IMG/VR virus record: IMGVR_UViG_3300012668_000143
Span: 1-26,402 of that record
Reading direction: 5' to 3' (one strand)
Source: a virus
Length of the DNA stretch: 26,402 bases
Positions 1-7,803 of the stretch are shown one piece after another (within the stretch, counting starts at the first letter, position 1; each line of letters starts with the position of its first letter). A model generated the notes under the pieces. The model ran no database searches. It saw nothing but the letters and a program-made list of their open reading frames with translations, and was not told the DNA's origin. The translations under genes and the position numbers were made by a program.

Positions 1-1
1 T

Positions 2-310
2 AATGCACGCCCTGCCGATTGGTTCGGGCGTGAGCAAATCCCGCTATTGGAGGCATATTGCCGTCATGTGGCATACGGACGGATGATAAGTGCTGAACTG
101 GATAGGGCCGAGCCTGAGTGGTTGACAGATGACGATGGGTTGAGGCGGCATAAGACCCTACTTGAAATTCATGAAAAAGAGAGTCGTGCTATGTCGTCTT
201 TGGCGACACGCCTGCGTTTGACGAGTCAGTCATTGCATGACAAGCGGGTGTCCGGACGTGCGAGCGACGGATTCAAGGGCGGAAACAAGCCGTGGCATGT
301 GAGCGAATAG
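2..310 (+). CDS. terS: Terminase small subunit (P27-like), 5'-truncated by the window
   Basis: Frame is open from base 2 (NARPADWFGREQIPLLEAYCRH...). LLEAYC and SLATRLRLTSQS match the P27-type small terminase pattern, and the gene lies upstream of terL. Confidence 0.75.
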   Translation, partial: NARPADWFGREQIPLLEAYCRHVAYGRMISAELDRAEPEWLTDDDGLRRHKTLLEIHEKESRAMSSLATRLRLTSQSLHDKRVSGRASDGFKGGNKPWHVSE

Positions 311-318
311 ATTGAACA

Positions 319-393
319 TGTTAAAATAGACGAGCCGACTTGGTGCTGATAACACCACGCCGGCTCTAACCAATCTGACTATTAGGGAGTCTC
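319..393 (+). promoter_or_regulatory. HNH leader element 1: extended -10, hairpin, TAACCA, SD
   Basis: TGtTAAAAT 319-327; arms GAGCCGACTTGGTG 332-345 and CACCACGCCGGCTC 353-366; loop CTGATAA; TAACCA 367-372; GGGAG 385-389; ATGGCT 394. Confidence 0.6.
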
Positions 394-1080
394 ATGGCTC
401 AGTCCAGTTTAGCATTAAGCAAACGCTGCCCACGGTGTAAAGAAACAAAGAGCGCAGCCGAGTTTTCCAAGGGCACTGGCAACAGAGACGGATTGCAGTG
501 GCGTTGCCGAGCCTGTTGCGCGGCGTATGTTCAGGCTAATAAGGCACAGTACCAAGCATCGTGGAGAGCGCGCTATGAGGCTAAAACTGACCACTACAAA
601 CAGTTAGCGGTTGAACAGCGCAAGCGTCTAGGCAAGGAAAAAGTAGCCGAGTTAAACAAAGCATACCGGGAGAAACACGCGGCTGCGCTGAGTGAGGCCA
701 GTAAAACATGGAGATCAATTAACGCGGAATATTGTCGCGTGAAGCATCAACAATATTACCAAGAGAACAAAGAGGCGTTTCTTGAGAAGAGAAGACTGTA
801 TTGGGCAAACAATCCAGCCAAGGTTCTAGAACTGTGTCGTCGGCGGACGGCAAAGCAGTTGATGGCAGAGCCAGCATGGGCAGACCGGGCCGCTATGATT
901 GCTCTCTATGAGTTGGCAATACAAAGAACGCAGGAAACAGGGGTGCCGCACCACGTAGATCATATTGTGCCATTGCAAAGTAAAAGAGTATGCGGCCTAC
1001 ACGTCCCGGCCAACATGCAGGTCGTGTCGGCGTCGGAAAATTGCAGCAAGGGAAATAGATGGTGGCCAGACATGCCGTAA
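394..1080 (+). CDS. Free-standing HNH endonuclease with N-terminal Cys4 zinc finger
   Basis: CPRC...CRAC zinc finger, basic helical linker, C-terminal HHVDHIVPLQ...GLHVPANMQ...EN HNH core. The 3' end overlaps the terL start. Confidence 0.9.
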   Translation: MAQSSLALSKRCPRCKETKSAAEFSKGTGNRDGLQWRCRACCAAYVQANKAQYQASWRARYEAKTDHYKQLAVEQRKRLGKEKVAELNKAYREKHAAALSEASKTWRSINAEYCRVKHQQYYQENKEAFLEKRRLYWANNPAKVLELCRRRTAKQLMAEPAWADRAAMIALYELAIQRTQETGVPHHVDHIVPLQSKRVCGLHVPANMQVVSASENCSKGNRWWPDMP

Positions 1081-2594
1081 AAACGCCTACGCGTGGGGAG
1101 CGAAACGCGGCGTGGATCGAAAAATTTTGCATGATCCCAGAAGGGAAGCTCGTCGGCCAGCCAGTTCGACTCAGCAACGAGCAGAAGGATTGGCTGCGTA
1201 AAATCTACGATACACCGACGCGGCGATTCATTCTCAGCATGGGAAGAAAAAATGCGAAAACGGTTTTCGCGGCTTTCCTTTTGTTGTTGCACACTGGCGG
1301 GCCTGAAGCCAAGGCAAATAGCCAACTGTTTAGCGCCGCGCAGTCGCGTGACCAAGCAGGAATATTGTTTCAGTTGGCCGCAAAGATAGTTCGCATGTCG
1401 CTGGACTTATCCACATATATCGGTATTCGTGATACTGCAAAGCAATTGTTTTGCGGCGAACTCGGAACCCTTTACAGGGCGCTATCTGCGGACGCATCAA
1501 CGGCTTATGGTCTCTCGCCGGTATTCGTCGTTCACGATGAACTGGGGCAGGTTCGCGGGCCACGCAGCGAATTGTATGAAGCGCTGGAAACGGCGTGCTC
1601 GGCGCAGGAAAGCCCACTGTCCATAATAATCAGTACGCAAGCGCCGACGGATGCTGATTTGTTGTCGGTCTTGATCGATGACGCGCTTCTCGGAAGCAAG
1701 CCGAGCACAAAAGTAGTGCTTTATACGGCACCGCTCGACGCTGAGCCGTTCTCTGATGACGCGATCATGGCGGCAAACCCGCACTTCAAACTCTTTATGA
1801 ATCAGGATGAAGTGCGCAATTCCGCAGAAGATGCGAGGCGCATGCCGAGCAGCGAGGCCGCCTATCGGAACCTAGTTTTAAATCAAAGAATTGAAGCGCG
1901 TTCCCCATTCATCAGCCGCTCAGTCTGGATGGACAACACCGGCTCGCCGCTTGATGACCTAGAAGGACTGGACGTATACGCCGGTCTTGATCTGTCGGAA
2001 ACATCCGACTTGACCGCGCTTGTGCTGATAGCGCGGCACAACGGCAAGTGGACGGTAAAGCCGATCTTCTGGCTACCGGAACAAGGCTTGGCCGAGAAGT
2101 CGCGCAAGGATCGTGTGCCCTATGACCTGTGGGCGCAGCAAGGATACCTGCTGACGACGCCGGGCGCAGCGATCCGATACGAGTACGTGGCCGAGTACCT
2201 GCGCGGTATCTTCGACCGGCTGAACATCGTGAAGCTGGCATTCGACCGCTACAACATGAAGCATCTGAAGCCGTGGCTGCAACAGGCCGGGTTTACGGAT
2301 GAAGAGTTGGAAAAGTTCGAGGAATTCGGGCAGGGCTATATATCAATGTCGCCTGCGCTGCGGAGCTTGGAAGAATTGTTGCTCAACAAGCAGTTGGAAC
2401 ATGGCGCGCATCCGGTACTGACGATGTGCGCGGCGAATGCGGTTGTGATTAAAGACCCGGCTGGGAATAGGAAGCTGGATAAGTCGAAGTCTACTGGGAG
2501 AATCGACGGCATGATTTCTCTTTGTATGAGTATAGGCGTTGCCAGTACCGAGATCGCCGAGCCGAAAGTCGAATTCCAGGCTTTTTTTCTGTAG
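1059..2594 (+). CDS. terL: Terminase large subunit
   Basis: Walker A-like GRKNAKT, Walker B VVHDE, IISTQA coupling motif, nuclease motifs GLDLS..SDLTA and RIDG. Confidence 0.97.
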   Translation: MVARHAVKTPTRGERNAAWIEKFCMIPEGKLVGQPVRLSNEQKDWLRKIYDTPTRRFILSMGRKNAKTVFAAFLLLLHTGGPEAKANSQLFSAAQSRDQAGILFQLAAKIVRMSLDLSTYIGIRDTAKQLFCGELGTLYRALSADASTAYGLSPVFVVHDELGQVRGPRSELYEALETACSAQESPLSIIISTQAPTDADLLSVLIDDALLGSKPSTKVVLYTAPLDAEPFSDDAIMAANPHFKLFMNQDEVRNSAEDARRMPSSEAAYRNLVLNQRIEARSPFISRSVWMDNTGSPLDDLEGLDVYAGLDLSETSDLTALVLIARHNGKWTVKPIFWLPEQGLAEKSRKDRVPYDLWAQQGYLLTTPGAAIRYEYVAEYLRGIFDRLNIVKLAFDRYNMKHLKPWLQQAGFTDEELEKFEEFGQGYISMSPALRSLEELLLNKQLEHGAHPVLTMCAANAVVIKDPAGNRKLDKSKSTGRIDGMISLCMSIGVASTEIAEPKVEFQAFFL

Positions 2595-2619
2595 CGCACG
2601 AGTACAACTGAATTACCAG

Positions 2620-2642
2620 AACCGGCCCAGTGCCGGTTTTTT
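2620..2642 (+). terminator. Rho-independent terminator after terL
   Basis: AACCGGC-ccagt-GCCGGTT followed by TTTT. Confidence 0.7.
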
Positions 2643-2657
2643 ATTGGGCAAGACGAA

Positions 2658-2879
2658 ATGGAAGAAGCGGAGTGGACAGTCTTACATGCCTTTGAGACAA
2701 AGCGCGATGAACTATACAAACGTGTAGCCGAAATGATGGCAAAGGCAGTGGAAGAGGGGCGGACACTCGATATAGATGAAAGCAAGATATTCGACAACGC
2801 AGTGGATGAAATAGAGTGCATCGATGGTCATGCGAAACGGCTGAAACGATTTGCAAAACTTAGGGATGGAGAGAAATGA
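2658..2879 (+). CDS. 73-aa stand-alone paralogue of the capsid N-terminal delta (scaffold) domain
   Basis: Ungapped 19/55 identity to the segment GFEQKR...RLRKH of the downstream capsid protein; ATGA overlap with the protease-capsid gene. Confidence 0.7.
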   Translation: MEEAEWTVLHAFETKRDELYKRVAEMMAKAVEEGRTLDIDESKIFDNAVDEIECIDGHAKRLKRFAKLRDGEK

Positions 2880-4831
2880 ACCGCGCTTTCAGCAGCATTG
2901 AATTCAAGAGCATAGACGATGACCGGCGCACATTCGAAGGCATTGCCAGCACGCCTGCGACCGATAGGATGGACGATATCGTTGAGCCGTTAGGCGCCAG
3001 ATTCAAATTGCCGCTGTCGTTCCTATATCAGCACGATAGCAAACGACCGATAGGGAATATCACACATGCCACTGCGACCGCAGACGGAATTCGCGTTCGC
3101 GGGTACATAGAAAAACTGGATGGCCCGCCAAGTCTTAAGGAACGGCTCGACGTTGCGTGGGCAGAAATAAAAGCCAAGTTGGTTCGAGGACTATCTATTG
3201 GCTTCAGGGGACTAGAAGAGGAACCGATCAAAGGAACATACGGCACGCGATACAAATCGTGGGAGTGGCTTGAGTTAAGCGCAGTCACGATACCGGCCCA
3301 CCAAGATGCCTGTTTTACAACCATCAAGGCCCTCGACCACGATTTTCTCGCCGCGTCCGGCAAAGAGAAAGCCGCAGTCGTTCGCCTTGGCAAATCCCCC
3401 GGCGCTTCGGGAACATCAATTAAAACCCCGAAAGGAATACCTATGAAAACGACCGCTGAAATTATCGCGGGCTTCGAGCAAAAACGAGCCGCCGTCGTCG
3501 GCAGTATGACAACCATCATGGAGAAGTCCGCCGAAGATGGCGCTACTCTGGATGATGAACAAACCACGCAGTACGACGACGCTGCGACGGAACTGAAAAC
3601 GATCGACGCGCATCTTGAGCGCCTGAGGAAGCATGAGCAGATCATGCTGACGAAGGCGACGGCGATTACGCACGAGAATACGCGCGACGAGACAACGGCT
3701 TCGAATACGCGCAGCAGCATCATCAGCGTGAAGGATAACCTGGAGCCGGGGATCAAGTTCACGCGGTACGTGAAGTGCCTGGCGATGGCGAACGGGAACC
3801 GGATGGAGGCGCTGGAGATTTCCAAGGGCTTGTATCCTGACATGCCGGCGCTGCACACCATTCTGAAAACTGCGGTATCGGCTGGCACGACGCAAGGTAC
3901 TACATGGGCGAAGCCGCTGGTCGAGTATCAGACTTATGCGGGGGACTTCCTGGAGTTCCTGCGCCCGGCGACGGTCATCGGCAAGTTCGGGACGGGGAAT
4001 ATTCCGAATCTACAGCGCGTGCCGTTCAATGTGCACATCAAGGGACAAACCAGCGGAGGCGATGCGTATTGGACGGGCGAGGGACAGGCCAAGCAATTGA
4101 CATCCTTCGACTTCCAAGACATCTACATAGGATTCACAAAGCTGGCGAACATCGCGGTAGTGACAGAAGAGTTGCTGCGGTATTCGAGTCCTGCCGCTGA
4201 AGGAATTATCCGCAAAGCGTTGGCAGATGCGCTTATTGCGCGGATGGATACAGACTTCATCGATCCGGCGAAGGCCGCAGTAGCGAACGTATCGCCAGCG
4301 TCAATCACGAATGGCGTGACGCCGATCACGGCGTCCGGCGGGACGATCGAAGCGCTGCGCACCGACATCTCGGCGTTGTGGAGCGCGTGGCTTACCAACA
4401 ACCTCGGCACGGCCAATGCGGTCTACATCGCGGACGCCATCACCGCGCTCCAGATTGGCACTCTGCGCAATGCTTTCGGCCAACCCGAATTCCCCGGACT
4501 TGGCATCAACGGCGGCATGTTGGATGGTGTACCTGTCATCGTCACTCAGCACGTTCCGCGTGTGACGGCAGGCGGCAAGTTGATCCTCGTCAATGCCAGC
4601 GAAATTTATCTTGCTGACGACGGCGATGTGTCGATCGACATCAGTCGGGAAGCGTCATTGCAGATGGACAATGCGGCGACAAATAACAGCGTTACGCCAA
4701 CCGCGACTACACTTGTTTCTCTTTGGCAATCAAACAGCGTTGGGGTTCGTGCCGAGCGCGCCGTGGGGTGGCAAAAGCGCCGAGCCAGCGCCGTGCAGTT
4801 CATTACGTCAACCGCCTATGATGGAACGTGA
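2876..4831 (+). CDS. HK97-type prohead protease fused to major capsid protein
   Basis: N-terminal DRMDDIV..G, LYQHD..PIG, GLSIGF and ELSAVTIPA protease motifs, then a coiled-coil delta domain and HK97 capsid motifs (WTGEG, TEELL, LDGVPV). Confidence 0.95.
   Translation: MNRAFSSIEFKSIDDDRRTFEGIASTPATDRMDDIVEPLGARFKLPLSFLYQHDSKRPIGNITHATATADGIRVRGYIEKLDGPPSLKERLDVAWAEIKAKLVRGLSIGFRGLEEEPIKGTYGTRYKSWEWLELSAVTIPAHQDACFTTIKALDHDFLAASGKEKAAVVRLGKSPGASGTSIKTPKGIPMKTTAEIIAGFEQKRAAVVGSMTTIMEKSAEDGATLDDEQTTQYDDAATELKTIDAHLERLRKHEQIMLTKATAITHENTRDETTASNTRSSIISVKDNLEPGIKFTRYVKCLAMANGNRMEALEISKGLYPDMPALHTILKTAVSAGTTQGTTWAKPLVEYQTYAGDFLEFLRPATVIGKFGTGNIPNLQRVPFNVHIKGQTSGGDAYWTGEGQAKQLTSFDFQDIYIGFTKLANIAVVTEELLRYSSPAAEGIIRKALADALIARMDTDFIDPAKAAVANVSPASITNGVTPITASGGTIEALRTDISALWSAWLTNNLGTANAVYIADAITALQIGTLRNAFGQPEFPGLGINGGMLDGVPVIVTQHVPRVTAGGKLILVNASEIYLADDGDVSIDISREASLQMDNAATNNSVTPTATTLVSLWQSNSVGVRAERAVGWQKRRASAVQFITSTAYDGT
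3431..3445 (+). promoter_or_regulatory. Internal in-frame RBS and ATG for a capsid-only product (3443..4831)
   Basis: AAAGGAatacctATG at 3431-3445, in frame (codon 190), at the protease/capsid boundary. Confidence 0.6.
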
Positions 4832-4835
4832 TCCG

Positions 4836-4844
4836 TGGTAAAAT
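4836..4844 (+). promoter_or_regulatory. Extended -10 promoter upstream of the c4-like RNA and GIY-YIG gene
   Basis: TGgTAAAAT, 7 nt before the structured element. Confidence 0.5.
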
Positions 4845-4851
4845 GAGAACT

Positions 4852-4906
4852 GCTGCGGATAGGTTTAGCGACCGACACGCTGGCGACCTGAGCCAGCTTC
4901 CGCAGT
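4852..4906 (+). ncRNA. c4/c4-2-like three-stem structured RNA
   Basis: Closing stem GCTGCGGA 4852-4859 / TCCGCAGT 4899-4906; inner stem GGTT-tagc-GACC; inner stem GCTGGC-gacctga-GCCAGC. Loop CCTGA is complementary to downstream TCAGG 4913-4917. Confidence 0.55.
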
Positions 4907-4938
4907 CTCCAATCAGGGTTCACTACAGGAGTGAATGT

Positions 4939-5976
4939 ATGGCGATTTTTATATATGGTCTTGAATGTCCAGTCGACATCGAAGTAAGGTATGTTGGAAA
5001 ATCCAACAACCCAACATCACGATTGGCATCACATATAGCAGCGGCCCGCACAGGGCGCACCAATCATTATTGCGCGCATTGGATAAGGAAACTTCTCGCG
5101 CTTAACTTGTCGCCAAGGATCGTCATATTGGCCGAAGTAGCAAGCGGAGAGCTATGGCAAGAGGTTGAGCGACGCATCATTAAAGATGCCGTGGCGCGAG
5201 GCTGGCGACTAACAAACGCCACGCCCGGAGGAGAAGGGGCAGTGTTCTTGCGGGAAGAAGATCGCCGCAAGTGGAGTGAACAAAAGTCCGCGTTGATGCG
5301 TGCGCTAAACGCAGACCCGAATTTCATAAAAAGTAGCAAATCCAGCGAGGCCAGCGCAAACCGATCAGCATCGGCGAAGAAAAAATGGCAAGACCCAAAG
5401 TACCGCGAAAAGATGTTGGTCAGTAGCGTGACGCGGGAAAGATTATCGGCGGCAAAACGGAAGAATTGGGAGAATCCTGAGTACCGCGCGAAATTGCACA
5501 TGGATGCTATGCGCCAAAAAGCTTCGGCAAACTCTCTGATGCGTAGCGCCGCATTATCGGCGGCAATGACCCAACGATGGGCCAGTCCAGACTTTAGAGA
5601 AAAAATGTCAATTTCACGATTGGATAGTCCAGGCCGTAGAGAAAAGATGTATTCGCCAGAGGCTCTCGCAAAGCGCGCAGCTACACGTCGAAACAATCCG
5701 GAATTAAAGGCGAAGATGGTCGAGGTGAATAAGCGTCCAGAAGTAATAGAGCGCCGCTCAATAGCAATGTCGGCAAGATGGGCGAACCCTGAGTACAAGT
5801 CCAGGCTTGTTGAAAGCGCCAAAAGACGTAGCATAGAAAACCCGTCAACCATTCAAGCCATCACTGCGGCTTCGCATACGCCTGAGGTGAGGGCGCGAGC
5901 CGCCGCAACGCTCAAAGCAACTTGGGCGCGGAAAAAAGCCGCAAAGGTCGCCGCCAAAGCCGCCGCCCAACAATAG
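4939..5976 (+). CDS. Free-standing GIY-YIG endonuclease with C-terminal basic W-x-x-P-x-Y/F-R/K repeats
   Basis: MAIFIYGL...RYVGKS..P.SRL..H, E...I and LTN.T.GGEG motifs; repeats WQDPKYREKM, WENPEYRAKL, WASPDFREKM, WANPEYKSRL; SD AGGAG 4927-4931 favours ATG 4939 over the ORF-track start at 4828. Confidence 0.88.
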   Translation: MAIFIYGLECPVDIEVRYVGKSNNPTSRLASHIAAARTGRTNHYCAHWIRKLLALNLSPRIVILAEVASGELWQEVERRIIKDAVARGWRLTNATPGGEGAVFLREEDRRKWSEQKSALMRALNADPNFIKSSKSSEASANRSASAKKKWQDPKYREKMLVSSVTRERLSAAKRKNWENPEYRAKLHMDAMRQKASANSLMRSAALSAAMTQRWASPDFREKMSISRLDSPGRREKMYSPEALAKRAATRRNNPELKAKMVEVNKRPEVIERRSIAMSARWANPEYKSRLVESAKRRSIENPSTIQAITAASHTPEVRARAAATLKATWARKKAAKVAAKAAAQQ

Positions 5977-5998
5977 TAGTCAGCCTTACCAGAACCAC

Positions 5999-6023
5999 AA
6001 AAGCCGCCACGAGCGGCTTTTTT
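5999..6023 (+). terminator. Rho-independent terminator
   Basis: AAAAGCCGC-cacga-GCGGCTTTT-TT. Confidence 0.8.
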
Positions 6024-6050
6024 CATGCCCGCAAGCACCGAAAGATCATC

Positions 6051-6359
6051 ATGGAAACCGTAAAACTCACCGCATCCAAGGGCTTCAAGTATCGCGGCAA
6101 GCCATTAAAGGTCGGCGATCCGTTCGAGGCGACGGCCAAGGAAGCGGCGCTCTTCAAGAAGACCCGCTTCGCCGCAGATGCTCCCCAAGCGCCGCCGCCT
6201 CCTCCGCTGGATCAACCTAAGCCAGATGAGCCGGAAGAAGAAGCGGCGATCATGGGCAAAGTGTCCACCAAAGACCTGACGGCGGAAGACGACGCTGACG
6301 ACGATGCTCCTAGAACAAAGCGGAAATACACGCGGCGCGATCTGGAAGCTGAAAAATAG
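6051..6359 (+). CDS. Small head-associated protein (post-capsid gene), function unknown
   Basis: METVKLTASKGFKYRGKPLKVGDPFEA, Pro/acidic linker, KRKYTRRDLEAE tail. ATG 6051 lies downstream of the terminator; the ORF-track start at 5922 is inside the previous gene. Confidence 0.75.
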   Translation: METVKLTASKGFKYRGKPLKVGDPFEATAKEAALFKKTRFAADAPQAPPPPPLDQPKPDEPEEEAAIMGKVSTKDLTAEDDADDDAPRTKRKYTRRDLEAEK

Positions 6360-6899
6360 ATGCGACTGTTCGGCCGCGAGCTGACCGTCACCAAGATGAA
6401 AGCCTTCGTACTCGCCAGCGGCCCATCCATGAACCAGCAAACCGCCGATGCGGTGCGCGGCAAGGAATTGGTGATCGCGGTGTCGGACGCCTTCCGACTT
6501 GCACCGTGGGCCGATGCCTTGGTCAGTTCCGATGCTGCTTGGTGGGTGGAGAATCAGGAAGCACACGACTTTCCTAGCCGGAAGTTCTCTGCGGCGCCGG
6601 TATTTGGCGTCGAGCGCGTGCCAGATGCATCGCTTGACAGCAATTCCGGGTTGCTCGCCATCAAGGTTGCCGTGTCTCTAGGCGCAGCGACGGTGATCCT
6701 GCTCGGCTACGACATGGGCGGTACGCACTTCTTCGGGAAGCATCTGGAGCCGCTTGAAAATACGACCGAGCATAGATTCAGGTCGTTTTGCAGGCAGTTC
6801 GCGCAGTATCACCCGGAAGGCGTCGAGATTGTCAATGCGACGCCGGGGAGCGCGCTGCGGGCTTATCCGTTGGTAACCATTGAGACCGTTATCCATTGA
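6360..6899 (+). CDS. DUF115/Maf- or sialyltransferase-like glycosyltransferase-fold protein; first 12 codons resemble the portal N-terminus (alternative start ATG 6396)
   Basis: VLASGPS, IAVSDA, NSGLLAI..A..LGA..VILLGYD and IVNATPGS.L motifs. Confidence 0.7.
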   Translation: MRLFGRELTVTKMKAFVLASGPSMNQQTADAVRGKELVIAVSDAFRLAPWADALVSSDAAWWVENQEAHDFPSRKFSAAPVFGVERVPDASLDSNSGLLAIKVAVSLGAATVILLGYDMGGTHFFGKHLEPLENTTEHRFRSFCRQFAQYHPEGVEIVNATPGSALRAYPLVTIETVIH

Positions 6900-7803
6900 C
6901 GGCATGCAAGGGCTTGGCGATGGGCTGTACCAGCGCGCCGTCCTGCGCGAGATATGCGGCACGCGGCAGGTGTACCTGACGACTCCCTGGCCACAGTTGT
7001 ATGCCGATTTGCCGATCCGGTGCGTCCGTCCTGTGTCGCGCTTGCGCACTCAGCTGGCAAATATGGAGCGCGGCTATGCATGGCATTCGGTGCCGCGGGA
7101 TGCAGAGCGCATGAGCATGCATTACGTGGGACGCCCAGGAAGCATTTTGGAGGCTCTTTGCAAGAGCCTCCGCGTCGAGGCCGCTCATCTGGACATAAGC
7201 GGGCCGCCGGTCGGCCACTCTCCGGTGAACGGGGAATATGTCGTCATCCGGCCCGCTACCGTGCGAACCGAGTGGCGCGCCGACGCGAGAAATCCCAGGC
7301 CCGAGTACCTGGCGATGGCTGCCGGGATTATCGGGGAGCGCTATACGGTGGTATCGGTCGCACATCTGGCAAATGGCAAAGAATGGGCGATGGAGCCGCT
7401 TCCTCCTGCCGATCTGGTATTCCATTCCGGCGAGCTGGTCATCGAGCAATTGCTCGCATTGATCGCCGGTGCGATCGCGGTCATTGGCGGGATTGGATGG
7501 GCGTTGCCGGCCGCGCTCGCATATGCGCGGCCGATGCTGCTGCTTTACGGTGGGTGGGGCGCTTATAACTCGCCAGACCGACTCTTTGATGGCCGCATTG
7601 ATTCGTCGAAGATTGATGGTGTGCTGCCGGATAATTTCTGTGGATGCACGAATGCGCTCCATGCATGCGGCAGCGCTGTTAGCGACATTGAGGAACGAAT
7701 TGACCGATTCGCTAATCGACTCTCTGGGAGTGCAACGGCTACGATGGCTGCCGGAACTCAATCTCGGGTGGTATCCGGTGGCAGGACAGTCATCGACCTA
7801 TGA
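6880..7803 (+). CDS. GT-B glycosyltransferase, family 9 (heptosyltransferase)-like
   Basis: N-terminal GLGD.LY; YVVIRP; LLALIAGA.AVIG..G...PAALAY..PMLLLYG; C-terminal Cys cluster. Confidence 0.7.
   Translation: MRPLSIDGMQGLGDGLYQRAVLREICGTRQVYLTTPWPQLYADLPIRCVRPVSRLRTQLANMERGYAWHSVPRDAERMSMHYVGRPGSILEALCKSLRVEAAHLDISGPPVGHSPVNGEYVVIRPATVRTEWRADARNPRPEYLAMAAGIIGERYTVVSVAHLANGKEWAMEPLPPADLVFHSGELVIEQLLALIAGAIAVIGGIGWALPAALAYARPMLLLYGGWGAYNSPDRLFDGRIDSSKIDGVLPDNFCGCTNALHACGSAVSDIEERIDRFANRLSGSATATMAAGTQSRVVSGGRTVIDL

Noticed and set aside
332-372. tRNA-Ile gene suggested by the CTGATAA loop and ACCA
   Set aside because: Only a single 35-nt hairpin; no D arm, T arm or cloverleaf.
394-1080. HK97 gp74-type terminase-accessory HNH
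   Set aside because: gp74-like genes are short and lie upstream of terS. This one has its own leader and paralogues elsewhere in the window, which fits a mobile HEG.
3028-3888. Long minus-strand ORFs opposite core genes (also 5067-5852, 6889-7761, 10540-11271, 11611-12276, 15231-15962)
   Set aside because: Antisense shadows of well-supported genes, with no recognisable motifs.
4828-4938. ORF-track N-terminal extension of the GIY-YIG gene
   Set aside because: It runs through the promoter and structured RNA; the SD and domain start support ATG 4939.
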